From positions 1,881,282 to 1,945,281 of the forward strand of contig CAVQJN010000002.1 of assembly GCA_963712855.1 (NCBI GenBank): DNA of 64,000 bases. The letters are read 5' to 3'. The notes under the pieces were generated by a model. It saw only the letters and a program-made list of their open reading frames with translations. It made no database searches and had not been told where the DNA came from. How positions within the stretch are numbered: position 1 is the first letter of the stretch; every line of letters starts with the position of its first letter. Shown piece by piece: positions 42,796 through 52,055 of this stretch. A program made the translations under genes and the position numbers. Source of the DNA: Thermoanaerobaculia bacterium (lineage in GTDB: Bacteria > Acidobacteriota > Thermoanaerobaculia > Multivoradales > JAGPDF01).

Positions 42796-43720
42796 CGGCC
42801 TTCTCCTGGTGGACAAGGACGCGGGCTGCACGTCCCACGACGTGGTGCAGATGGTTCGGCGCCAGTTCCGTCAGAAGCGGGTCGGCCACTGCGGCACCCT
42901 CGACCCCGATGCCACCGGACTGCTGCTGCTCACTCTCGGACAGGCCACCCGCCTGACCCGCTTTCTCATTCATGCACCCAAGGTCTACGAGGGCGAGATT
43001 CGATTCGGTATCGCCACCGACACGTTCGACGCCTCGGGCCGCGTGGTGAGAGAGGCGCCGACCACGAATCTGGAAGGCCCCGCAGTGGACGAAGCCATGC
43101 GCCGCTTCGTCGGGACCTTCGAGCAAAAGGCGCCCGCCTACAGCGCTCGCAAGACCCACGGCGTGAAGTTCTATGAGCTGGCTCGACGCGGCGAGGACGT
43201 GCCCGACGCCACCAAAGAGGTGACGGTCTCCGAATTCGAACGCATCGGAGAGATCGAGAACGATCGGATGCCCTTTCGTCTCTCCTGCTCCTCGGGCACC
43301 TACGCCCGGGCACTCGCCAACGATCTCGGCGCGGCCCTCGGCTGCGGTGCTCATCTGTCCGGCCTGCGGCGCTCGGCCGTCGGTCCCTTCCGAATCGAGT
43401 CCGCTTCGACCCTCGAGGAGCTGGCGCGCCGCCGGGATGCCGGAGAACCGCTCGGCGAGGCCTGGATGCCGCTCGAGCACGTTCCGCTTCCGTTTGCCGA
43501 TGTATCGGTCGACCCTCAGCAGGAACGCCGGCTGCGGAACGGTCAGACCGTCCTGGCGCCGGCGGGCCAAGCCCGGGAGGGCGACTGGGTGCGGCTCGCG
43601 AACCGGCGGGGAGATCTCGTGGCGATCGGCTCCGTGTCGGAACGGATCGGCGCCGGCCCAGTCGCTGTACTTCAGCCCCGTATCGTGTTCAGCCGCGAGG
43701 CCGACGTGGTAGGCTTCTGA
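42785..43720 (+). CDS. truB: tRNA pseudouridine(55) synthase
   Basis: LLVDKDAGCTSHDVV...GHCGTLDPDATGLL, which contains the catalytic Asp motif. Confidence 0.9.
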   Translation: MPIDGLLLVDKDAGCTSHDVVQMVRRQFRQKRVGHCGTLDPDATGLLLLTLGQATRLTRFLIHAPKVYEGEIRFGIATDTFDASGRVVREAPTTNLEGPAVDEAMRRFVGTFEQKAPAYSARKTHGVKFYELARRGEDVPDATKEVTVSEFERIGEIENDRMPFRLSCSSGTYARALANDLGAALGCGAHLSGLRRSAVGPFRIESASTLEELARRRDAGEPLGEAWMPLEHVPLPFADVSVDPQQERRLRNGQTVLAPAGQAREGDWVRLANRRGDLVAIGSVSERIGAGPVAVLQPRIVFSREADVVGF

Positions 43721-43772
43721 CGGACATCTATAGATAGATAGACGAGAGAGAAAAGCACCGAAGGAGAAAGAC

Positions 43773-44042
43773 TTGTCGCAGACCAAGGAACAAAGGGACG
43801 AGATCATCCGGGACTACCGGCTGCACGAGAGCGACACCGGATCGACCGACGTGCAGGTCGCACTACTCACCCAGCGCATCACCGAGCTCACCGAGCACTT
43901 CAAGACACACACGAAAGACCACCACGGTCGTCGTGGACTCCTGAAGCTGGTCGGTCAGCGGCGCCGCCTGCTCGACTACCTGAAGCGGCAGGACGCCTCC
44001 CGTTACCGCGAGCTCATCGAGCGCCTCGGCATCCGCAAGTAG
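43773..44042 (+). CDS. rpsO: 30S ribosomal protein S15 (TTG start)
   Basis: 89 aa, with [48 protein letters not shown]. Confidence 0.9.
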   Translation: MSQTKEQRDEIIRDYRLHESDTGSTDVQVALLTQRITELTEHFKTHTKDHHGRRGLLKLVGQRRRLLDYLKRQDASRYRELIERLGIRK

Positions 44043-44055
44043 CGCCTTCGCGGTC

Positions 44056-44097
44056 GACTCCCTCCGCTGCGGAACCTCCGCATTGGGGCAGGGAGTC
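44056..44097 (+). promoter_or_regulatory. rpsO-pnp intergenic stem-loop (putative rpsO terminator / pnp leader processing hairpin)
   Basis: Perfect 8-bp inverted repeat GACTCCCT...AGGGAGTC flanking a 26-nt loop region. It lies 14 nt after the rpsO stop and about 40 nt before the pnp ATG. Confidence 0.45.
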
Positions 44098-44138
44098 CAG
44101 CGTCGGCATTTCGTGCACCCCTAAGGAATTCAAAACTG

Positions 44139-46397
44139 ATGAAAGTTGAAAGAACCATCACCATCGGCACCAACGAGCTCCGCATCGAGTCCGGGCACAT
44201 CGCCAAGCAAGCGAACGGCTCAGCCCTCGTCCGGCTCGGCGACACCGTGGTGCTCGCCACCGCCTGCATGCAGCAGAGCGCCATGCCGCGAGACTTCCTG
44301 CCGCTCACCGTCGACTACCGCGAATACGCCGCTGCGGCCGGGCGCATACCCGGCGGCTTCTTCAAGCGCGAAGGCCGACCGACCGAGAAGGAGACAATCA
44401 CCTCCCGACTGATCGATCGTCCCCTCCGTCCCCTGTTCCCGCCCGGCTACACCAACGAGACCCAGGTCATCGCCCTGGTGCTCTCCGCCGACGGCGAGAA
44501 CGATCCGGACATCCTGGCCATCAACGGCGCCTCGACGGCGCTCGTGCTCTCGGAGATTCCGTTCTACAACCCGGTCGGCGCCGTACGGGTCGGACTGATC
44601 GAAGGCGAAGTCGTCTTCAACCCGACCAACAGCCAGCGCGACGTGGCGGACCTCGACCTGGTGGTCGTGGGCACGGAACAGGCCGTCGTCATGGTCGAAG
44701 CCGCCGCCAATCAGCTCCCCGAGCAGACGATCCTCGATTGCATCTGGGCCGGCCATCGCGAGCTGCAGAAAGTGCTCCAGGCGCAGATCGAACTGTTCCG
44801 AGAAAAGGGACTTTCGAAGCCGGTATGGGAAGCCGTCAAGCCTTACTCCGACGAGTTTTTCGCGCAGGTGCGCAGCGAAGTTCACGCGTCGCTCAAGACC
44901 GCACTCCACACCGCCGCGAAGTTCGAGCGCAAGAAGGCGGTCTCGGAAGTCCAGAAGACCTATCTCGCCAGCTTGCCGGAAGACGACACGGAACGGCGGG
45001 GCCAGGTCAGGCACGTTTTCGAGGCGCTCGAAGAGGAGATCCTCTACGATTCGATCCTCGATGACGGCCAGCGCTTCGACGGACGCAAGTCGAACGAGAT
45101 TCGGCCGATCGAGATCGAAGTCGGGCTGCTGCCCCGCACCCACGGTTCGGCGCTCTTCACCCGCGGTGAAACCCAAGCGCTGGCGTCGGTCACCCTGGGG
45201 ACCAAGAGGGACTCTCAGATACTCGAGGAATACGCGGGCGAGACCAAGCAGAAGTTCCTTCTTCACTACAACTTCCCGCCCTTCTCCGTGGGCGAGGTGA
45301 AGTTCATGCGCTCGCCCGGACGGCGCGAGATCGGTCACGGCGTGCTGGCACGTCGCGCTCTCACCCCCGTCCTGCCGCACGAGGAGGAGTTTCCGTACAC
45401 GATCCGCGTGGTCTCCGACATCATGGAGTCGAACGGATCCTCTTCCATGGCGACGGTCTGCGGCGGCTCGCTGGCATTGTTCGACGCCGGGGTGCCCATG
45501 CTCGCCCCGGTCGCGGGCGTGGCGATGGGTCTGGTCAAGCGCGACGACCGATTCGTCGTGCTCACCGACATCGCCGGCCAGGAGGACCACTACGGAGACA
45601 TGGACTTCAAGGTCGCCGGGACGCGCCAGGGCGTCACGGCGCTGCAGATGGATCTCAAGCTGACCGGCGTGACCCGCGAGGTCATGGCGGCGGCCCTCGA
45701 GCAGGCGCAGGCCGGGCGGTTCCACATCCTCGGCAAGATGGAGGCCATCCTCGAGCAGCCGCGCACCGATCTGTCGACTTACGCACCGCGCCTCTTCACC
45801 CTGCAGGTGCCGAAGGACAAGATCCGCGACGTCATCGGACCCGGTGGCAAGACGGTCCGGTCCATCGTCGAGGAGACCGGCTGCGAGATCGAGATCGAGA
45901 ACGACGGCCGAGTGGTCATCGCCTCCCCCGACGGCGCCGCTGCGCAGCGTGCCATCTCGATGATCGAGCGCCTCACCGAGGTCCCCGAGATCGGCACGGT
46001 TTACACGGGCACCGTTCGGCGGGTCGAGTCCTACGGCGCGTTCGTCGAGATTCTCCCCGGAACCGATGGCCTCGTGCACATCAGCGAGCTCGCCCCCTAC
46101 CGGGTGCGCGAGACGTCCGACGTCGTGCACGAAGGCGACGAGCTCGAGGTGAAGGTCATCGACATCGACGACACCGGCCGCGTCCGTTTGTCGCGAAAGG
46201 CCGTGATCATGGAGGCGCCGGACTACGATCCTTCTCAGTACGAGGGTATGGGCGAGCCTGCGCCGGCCGGCGGTACGTCCGATCGAGGAGATCGCTCCGA
46301 TCGCGGCGACCGCGGTGATCGCGGCGGGCGTGGAGGCCGTCCTCCGCGGCGCGGAGGACGCGGCCCGGGAGGACGCGACCGCGGTCCACGCCGCTGA
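44139..46397 (+). CDS. pnp: Polyribonucleotide nucleotidyltransferase (PNPase) with a C-terminal Arg/Gly/Asp-repeat tail
   Basis: Two RNase PH-like domains, KH, and S1 (GTVRRVESYGAFVEI). The protein ends in ...GGTSDRGDRSDRGDRGDRGGRGGRPPRRGGRGPGGRDRGPRR. Confidence 0.95.
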   Translation: MKVERTITIGTNELRIESGHIAKQANGSALVRLGDTVVLATACMQQSAMPRDFLPLTVDYREYAAAAGRIPGGFFKREGRPTEKETITSRLIDRPLRPLFPPGYTNETQVIALVLSADGENDPDILAINGASTALVLSEIPFYNPVGAVRVGLIEGEVVFNPTNSQRDVADLDLVVVGTEQAVVMVEAAANQLPEQTILDCIWAGHRELQKVLQAQIELFREKGLSKPVWEAVKPYSDEFFAQVRSEVHASLKTALHTAAKFERKKAVSEVQKTYLASLPEDDTERRGQVRHVFEALEEEILYDSILDDGQRFDGRKSNEIRPIEIEVGLLPRTHGSALFTRGETQALASVTLGTKRDSQILEEYAGETKQKFLLHYNFPPFSVGEVKFMRSPGRREIGHGVLARRALTPVLPHEEEFPYTIRVVSDIMESNGSSSMATVCGGSLALFDAGVPMLAPVAGVAMGLVKRDDRFVVLTDIAGQEDHYGDMDFKVAGTRQGVTALQMDLKLTGVTREVMAAALEQAQAGRFHILGKMEAILEQPRTDLSTYAPRLFTLQVPKDKIRDVIGPGGKTVRSIVEETGCEIEIENDGRVVIASPDGAAAQRAISMIERLTEVPEIGTVYTGTVRRVESYGAFVEILPGTDGLVHISELAPYRVRETSDVVHEGDELEVKVIDIDDTGRVRLSRKAVIMEAPDYDPSQYEGMGEPAPAGGTSDRGDRSDRGDRGDRGGRGGRPPRRGGRGPGGRDRGPRR

Positions 46398-46419
46398 CTG
46401 AGATCATCCGGAGCCATCG

Positions 46420-46453
46420 GGGGTCGGAGCCTGCGGGTTCCGGCCCCTTTTTC
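46420..46453 (+). terminator. Putative intrinsic terminator after pnp
   Basis: GGGGUCGGAGCC-UGCG-GGUUCCGGCCCC forms a 12-bp stem with two G-U pairs, followed by UUUUUC. Confidence 0.5.
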
Positions 46454-46476
46454 ATTCCGACCCGGAGGTAGACATC

Positions 46477-47235
46477 ATGGAAATCCAGCCCCTGATCGAC
46501 TACTGCGACCAGCTTCTCGACGCCGCTACCGGCTCGGACTATGGTCCCAACGGATTGCAGATCGAGGGAAACCGACCGGTTCGCAAGGTCGTCACCGGCG
46601 TCTCGGCTTGCCTCGAGCTCTTTACCGCGGCGCGGCAGGCGAATGCCGACGTCGTCCTGGTTCACCATGGGCTGCTCTGGGATTCGGCGGCGGCTGAGCC
46701 CATCACCGGCTTCCGCTATCGCCGGATGGCCTCGCTCATCGACTCCGGCATGCACCTGGTCGCGTACCACCTGCCGCTGGATCGTCATCCCGAGCTCGGC
46801 AACAACGCCCTGGCCGCCCGCCGACTCGGCCTCTATTCCCTGGAGCCCTTCGCCGAGCATCGAGGTGCTCCGGTGGGTTTCCGCGGACACTATCCAGAAC
46901 CGATCTCCGCGGCGCACCTGCTGGCCAAGTGTCACGAGGTCTTCGGCCGCGAGCCGCTCGCCTTTCTCCACGGGCCGGATCCGCTCACCCGGGTCGGCAT
47001 CGTCTCGGGCGCCGCACAGGGCGACGTCTATGCCGCCCTCGAGTCCGGGCTCGATGCCTTCGTGACCGGCGAGGTGTCCGAGTGGGTGATGAACGTGGCG
47101 CGCGATGCGGGGATTCACTTCCTGAGCTGTGGGCACTACGCGACGGAACGGCTCGGGGTTCAAGCCCTGGGAGAGCACCTCGCCCAACGCTTCGCCCTGG
47201 AGCACGAATTCATCGAGATTCCCAATCCGGTGTAG
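46477..47235 (+). CDS. Nif3-family dinuclear-metal-centre protein (YqfO/YbgI-like)
   Basis: The N-terminal pattern (YGPNGLQIEG...KVVTGVSACLELFTAA...VVLVHHGLLW) and the C-terminal HYATE motif are typical of Nif3. Confidence 0.75.
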   Translation: MEIQPLIDYCDQLLDAATGSDYGPNGLQIEGNRPVRKVVTGVSACLELFTAARQANADVVLVHHGLLWDSAAAEPITGFRYRRMASLIDSGMHLVAYHLPLDRHPELGNNALAARRLGLYSLEPFAEHRGAPVGFRGHYPEPISAAHLLAKCHEVFGREPLAFLHGPDPLTRVGIVSGAAQGDVYAALESGLDAFVTGEVSEWVMNVARDAGIHFLSCGHYATERLGVQALGEHLAQRFALEHEFIEIPNPV

Positions 47236-47269
47236 CCGGAGACGAGTCGAACGGATTTCGCGGTGCCGC

Positions 47270-48271
47270 TCACTCCCAGCGAAGCCATTGAACCCCGGGC
47301 AAGAGCAGACGGACCAGGTCCACCTGTCGCCGCGTACCGACCTTCTTGAACACCTGCTTGAGATGCATGCGGACGGTCTCGCGGTGAATGCCCAGATCCG
47401 TAGCCGTCTCGTCGAGCGAATGTCCGAGGAGGATCTGACCGACGACCTCAGATTCGCGCCGGCTCAAGCCGTAGAGCTCGCGGAACAGCGACGGCGGAGT
47501 CTGCAGCCCGAGGTCCGGGTCGCTCACGAACAGCGCCACCGCGCATGCGTCGTCGAGATCCAATCCCTCCAGGCTCACCGCCAGAACCTCCAAGGGAGAG
47601 GCACCTTCCCTCTCCACCACGAACCGGGTGGCCGGCCGGGATCTCGCGCCAGCCGGCTCTTGGGCCCTGAGGTCGGCAAGGCTTTCCGAAGCGGTCCGGG
47701 CGCCGAACCGGACGAGGCCATCGACGTCGGCGACGATGCCCGCTCCAGTCTCGAGCAGCGAGCGCCCGGCTTGGTTGGCATGCAAGAGCTGACCGCGAGA
47801 GTCGAGGACGATGACCGCGACCGCGAGACGGTCGAGCGTGGCCGCGGAGAGATCCGTTCCGGTCGGAGCGGCCGGCTGAGCATTCTCTCGCGCCCTCACG
47901 ACGTGCGGTGCGAGCGCCCGGACCACCACGCCGGCTTCCGCACCGATTCGGCCCCGCGACAGGATCTCCAGCTTGAGACGTTCGGCTCCTCCGAGCTCCA
48001 CCTGGGTGCACTTGACGGCAGGGTCGCGCTCGCTCGTCGACTGCCGGCTGGCCGCGATCAGGCCTCCGCTTCCATGCTGAGTGCCGATCAGCCGGCACGT
48101 CTCGACGTCCAGAACCTCGGCCAGCTCGGAGAGCCACTCCGCCACGGCGTCGGGATCACCGCCCGCCGCGTAGACGTGGTCCGTCAGAGCAAGAAGCTCG
48201 ACCGCGTCCGAGGCCGCCGGAGAAGATCCCGACCTGCCGCGACCGCGCTTTCCTCCTCCGCGCCCGGTCAT
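47270..48271 (-). CDS. LuxR-family transcriptional regulator with an N-terminal PAS-like sensor region
   Basis: C-terminal HTH (LSRRESEVVGQILLGHSLDETATDLGIHRETVRMHLKQVFKKVGTRRQVDLVRLL). The middle region has a PAS-like motif, VIVLDSRGQLLHANQAGRSLLE. Confidence 0.7.
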   Translation of the reverse strand: MTGRGGGKRGRGRSGSSPAASDAVELLALTDHVYAAGGDPDAVAEWLSELAEVLDVETCRLIGTQHGSGGLIAASRQSTSERDPAVKCTQVELGGAERLKLEILSRGRIGAEAGVVVRALAPHVVRARENAQPAAPTGTDLSAATLDRLAVAVIVLDSRGQLLHANQAGRSLLETGAGIVADVDGLVRFGARTASESLADLRAQEPAGARSRPATRFVVEREGASPLEVLAVSLEGLDLDDACAVALFVSDPDLGLQTPPSLFRELYGLSRRESEVVGQILLGHSLDETATDLGIHRETVRMHLKQVFKKVGTRRQVDLVRLLLPGVQWLRWE

Positions 48272-48306
48272 TGCACACCATTATTTCGCAAACCGGCCGA
48301 GAACGG

Positions 48307-49077
48307 TCAGCCGGAAGCTTTCGCGAAGAGGCGGTGGAAATTGCGCTCCGTTCGCGCGGCGACTTCCTCGAGGGTGGTCGCCTGCAATTCGGCGAGGTGG
48401 CTCGCCACCTCGACCACGTAGGCGGGCTCGTTGCGCTGGCCTCGATGGGGCACCGGAGCGAGGTAGGGCGTATCGGTCTCCACGAGCTGGCGGTCCCGGT
48501 CCATTTCCAAGAGCCCTTCGCGCACGTTCCCGGCCTTCGGGAAGGTGACCATGCCGGAGACCCCGAAGTAGAAGTCGCGCTCGGCGAGAGCCCGGGCCAT
48601 CTCGACTCCACCCGCAAACGAGTGAAGATCGGCGTGCAGCCCGTCGTAGCCCGGGTCCAGGAGCACCTCCAGCATGGTCTCGTTCGATTCGCGGTTGTGT
48701 ACGACGATCGGCAGTCCAGCTTCCAACGCGATCTCGATCTGAGCTCGAAAGACGCTCTGCTGCAGGTCGCGCGGCGCATGATCGTAGAAGAAATCGAGAC
48801 CGCACTCCCCCACGGCGACCACTTTGGGATGGTCCAGCAAGGCTCGCAATTGCGCCGCCGATTCGTCCGTCCACGTCGCCGCGTCGTGCGGATGGGCTCC
48901 CAGCGCGCACCAGACGCCGGGCTCCCGGTCGCACAGCATCAGGATCTCCTCGGCTTCCTGGAGGCGGACGGACGGGACCAGAAAGCCCTCCACTCCCCGC
49001 TCGCGCGCCCGCTGGAGCACCGCGCCCAGCTCGGCGCCGCGATAGTGCTGCAGGTGGCAGTGCGAGTCGATCAGCAC
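48307..49077 (-). CDS. TatD-family metal-dependent DNase/hydrolase
   Basis: IDSHCHL...GECGLDF...DLHSFAG...ETDTPYL. The likely GTG start lies 1 nt after the metG stop. The track ORF begins at an upstream ATG inside metG. Confidence 0.8.
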   Translation of the reverse strand: MLIDSHCHLQHYRGAELGAVLQRARERGVEGFLVPSVRLQEAEEILMLCDREPGVWCALGAHPHDAATWTDESAAQLRALLDHPKVVAVGECGLDFFYDHAPRDLQQSVFRAQIEIALEAGLPIVVHNRESNETMLEVLLDPGYDGLHADLHSFAGGVEMARALAERDFYFGVSGMVTFPKAGNVREGLLEMDRDRQLVETDTPYLAPVPHRGQRNEPAYVVEVASHLAELQATTLEEVAARTERNFHRLFAKASG

Positions 49078-49078
49078 T

Positions 49079-51016
49079 TCACTTGACGCGGGTTCCCGGC
49101 GCCACCCCTTCGCCGCTGGGCCGCACGACGATCGGCCGTCCCTCGCCATCCGTCGCGGCGAGCAGCATGCCCTGAGATTCCTGTCCCATGAGTTTGGCCG
49201 GCTTCAGATTAGCGACCACCACGATGTCGGTGCCCACCAGCTCTTCGGCGGAATACGCTTTCGCGATCCCCGCGACGATCTGGCGCGGCCCGGTCGATTC
49301 ACCGAGGTCGACCCGCAGCTTGAGCAGCTTCTCGGACTTCGCCACCGGCTCGCACTCCAGGACCCGGCCGACCCGAAGGTCCACCGTGAAGAACTGATCG
49401 ATGTCGATCTTCTGACCGGTGGCGCCCGGCGTCGATGTCGCGGCGGCCGGAGCCGCGGTGGAAACTTCGGTCATGAAGACCTCCTTGTCGATACGCGGAA
49501 ACAGTGGAGCAAGCGCGGACAGTTCGCGATCCGTCGGCATGCCTCCCCAAGCGAGGGCGGAAAGCGATGTCGGTGGATCCCCGGCTCCGATCGCTGCCAG
49601 AACCCGTGGCGCGAGCGTCGGCATGAACGGCAGCAAGCCGGTCGCGACGATGCGTACGCCCTCGAGTCCGGTCCAGAGCACGCGCGAGAGCGACTCGGAG
49701 TCCGCCTCGGACTTGATCATTTTCCAGGGCTCTCGCGCCACGATGTACTGGTTCGCCTCGGCGAGAAGTCTCCAGAGCGATCTCAGGGCGGTCTGGAACG
49801 CGAGCTCGTCCATCGCCGAGCGATACTCGGCGATCACCTCGGCGGCGACCGAGGCGAGCTCGCTCTCGTCGTCGGCCCGCGGTGGCGTCCGACCCGCGAA
49901 AGCCTTTCTCGAGAGCGTCACCAGGCGGCTCGCGGTGTTGCCGAGATCGTTGGCCAGGTCACTGTTGTAGCGATCGACGAAGGCCTCGTCCGAGAAGCTC
50001 GCATCCTGGCCGAACACCATTTCCCGGAGCAGGAAGTAGCGCAGCGGATCGCTGCCGAAGCGCTCGATCAGGTGATCCGGACGGACCACGTTGCCCACCG
50101 ACTTCGACATCTTCTGCGCGTCCCGAAGCCACCAGCCATGCGCCCATATCGTCGTCGGAAGGGGCAATCCGGCCGACATCAGGAAGGCCGGCCAAAACAC
50201 GGCATGGAACCGCACGATGTCCTTGCCGACCAGATGGAGTTTGACTCCCTCGGATTCCCAGTATCGACGGTAGAGAGCCTCGCCCTCGTCACGCGAGCCG
50301 TAGCCGAGCGCCGAGATGTAGTTGGTGAGTGCGTCGAGCCATACCCAGACCGAATGGCCCGGGTAGCCCGGGAAGGGCACCCCCCAATCCAGCCCGAAGC
50401 GACTGATCGAGAGATCCTTGAGCCCTCCGGCGACGAATGCCCGGACTTCGTTGCGACGACTTTCCGGCCGAACGAAGTCGGGACGCTGGTCGTAGAGATC
50501 GAGCAGTCGATCCCCGTACCGCGACAAGCGGAAGAAGAGGTTCTCTTCCGACTTCCACTCGGTCGGCGTGTCGTGATCCGGGCAACGGTTGCCCGGCTGG
50601 CGCAGCTCCTTTTCGGTGTAGAACGTCTCGCACCCGGTGCAATACCAACCTTCGTGCTTCGCCAGATAGACGTCGCCGGCCTCGGTCATGCGACGGAGAA
50701 TCTCCGGCACCGCCCTCTCGTGCCGCTCCTGGGTCGTGCGAATGAAATCGTCGTTCGATATCGCGAGCGTCTTCCAGAGCTGGTGATACCGCGCCACGAC
50801 CCGGTCCGCGAGCTCGATCGGCCGCACGCCCTCCTTCTTCGCGGCGCGCTCGATCTTCTGGCCGTGCTCGTCAGTGCCGGTCAGAAAGCGGACGTCATCC
50901 CCCGCCAGGCGCCGATAGCGCGCCACCGTGTCGGCGACCACGGTGGTGAAGATGTGTCCGATATGGGGCAGGTCGTTGACGTAATAGATCGGGGTGGTGA
51001 CGTAGAAGCTCGGCAT
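49079..51016 (-). CDS. metG: Methionine--tRNA ligase with a C-terminal EMAP/tRNA-binding domain
   Basis: PIYYVNDLPHIGH (HIGH), KMSKSVGNVV (KMSKS) and Zn-knuckle Cys residues. 645 aa. Confidence 0.95.
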   Translation of the reverse strand: MPSFYVTTPIYYVNDLPHIGHIFTTVVADTVARYRRLAGDDVRFLTGTDEHGQKIERAAKKEGVRPIELADRVVARYHQLWKTLAISNDDFIRTTQERHERAVPEILRRMTEAGDVYLAKHEGWYCTGCETFYTEKELRQPGNRCPDHDTPTEWKSEENLFFRLSRYGDRLLDLYDQRPDFVRPESRRNEVRAFVAGGLKDLSISRFGLDWGVPFPGYPGHSVWVWLDALTNYISALGYGSRDEGEALYRRYWESEGVKLHLVGKDIVRFHAVFWPAFLMSAGLPLPTTIWAHGWWLRDAQKMSKSVGNVVRPDHLIERFGSDPLRYFLLREMVFGQDASFSDEAFVDRYNSDLANDLGNTASRLVTLSRKAFAGRTPPRADDESELASVAAEVIAEYRSAMDELAFQTALRSLWRLLAEANQYIVAREPWKMIKSEADSESLSRVLWTGLEGVRIVATGLLPFMPTLAPRVLAAIGAGDPPTSLSALAWGGMPTDRELSALAPLFPRIDKEVFMTEVSTAAPAAATSTPGATGQKIDIDQFFTVDLRVGRVLECEPVAKSEKLLKLRVDLGESTGPRQIVAGIAKAYSAEELVGTDIVVVANLKPAKLMGQESQGMLLAATDGEGRPIVVRPSGEGVAPGTRVK

Positions 51017-51040
51017 AAGTCCTCGGGGCGCGGAAGCTTA

Positions 51041-51979
51041 TCAACCGGCCGCGCGCTGCCGCGCCCAGTCGATCTCCTGAGGGTCGAACAGATACGACAC
51101 CCCACAAAAGGCGCACTGCGCGACGATCGTCCCATCCGGCGCCGCGATCTCCCGCAGGTCGGCCTCCGAAAGGGCCGCCAGGCGTGGAAGCAAGGCTTCG
51201 CGGTCGCATCGGCAACGGAAACGAACCCCCTCCCGCTCCCGCACCTCGAGTGGAACGCCCGCGAAGACCCGCCGAACGACCCGGTCGAGACCGATCGCAC
51301 CGAGCTGTCGAGAGTACGAATCGAGCCCCCGCAAATTCGCCTCCAGCCGTTTCAGGATCGCCTCCCCGGCACCGGGAATGACTTCGGCGATCAACCCTCC
51401 CGCGCTACGAACTCCCTCGCGGCCCGCCAGCACCCCGACCACGACGGCCGAAGGAGTCTGCTCGCTCTGCTCGAGGTAGTGCGCGAGATCGAGACCGATC
51501 TCACCGTTGACGAGCGAGACCTGACTCTCGCTCGTGGAGCCGTCGGCGAGCTCCCGCCTCACCCGCAGAGTTCCCTTGCCCACCGCTTCGCCGATCCGCA
51601 GCTTGCCGTCCGGACCCGACGGCAGGTCGGCGCTCGGGTTGCCGACCATTCCCCGGACGTTACCCTGCGCGTCGGCCTCGGCGACGACGTTCCCCAACGC
51701 CCCGTCTCCCGCGACCGTGAGGACGAGGCGAGCGCAGGCGCGGGTGGCGAGAGACCGCAGCAGCGTCGCTCCGGCGAGGGCGCGGCCCAAGGCAGCAGCC
51801 GCGATAGGCGAGAGATCGTGCCTCCGGCGAGCCTCCTCCGCCGCCGCCGTGAGCTCCACCGCCGCCCAGCGCAAATCCATCTCCCCGGCCACTCCCGAGA
51901 GATGGACGCCTTCCCGGGAGCTCTCGCCGCGCGGGCTCCCGCCGCGAGCGGTCCTCTCCCTTGCCGCCGCTTCCCTCAT
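51041..51979 (-). CDS. hslO: Redox-regulated chaperone Hsp33 (start codon uncertain; possibly at MDLRW, nt 51880)
   Basis: C-terminal zinc centre CRCDRE...CAFCG (CxC...CxxC). The N-terminal domain shows LSPIAAAALGRALAGATLL. Confidence 0.8.
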   Translation of the reverse strand: MREAAARERTARGGSPRGESSREGVHLSGVAGEMDLRWAAVELTAAAEEARRRHDLSPIAAAALGRALAGATLLRSLATRACARLVLTVAGDGALGNVVAEADAQGNVRGMVGNPSADLPSGPDGKLRIGEAVGKGTLRVRRELADGSTSESQVSLVNGEIGLDLAHYLEQSEQTPSAVVVGVLAGREGVRSAGGLIAEVIPGAGEAILKRLEANLRGLDSYSRQLGAIGLDRVVRRVFAGVPLEVREREGVRFRCRCDREALLPRLAALSEADLREIAAPDGTIVAQCAFCGVSYLFDPQEIDWARQRAAG

Positions 51980-52055
51980 CGCCCGATCCTCTCAGATCGC
52001 CCGCCGACTTCCGATCCGGTCCCGGCTTCTCGGATCCGCAGGCGCGGCCCACCGA

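Noticed and set aside
44220-46130. 636-aa minus-strand ORF antisense to pnp
   Set aside because: A shadow ORF. The plus strand encodes canonical PNPase.
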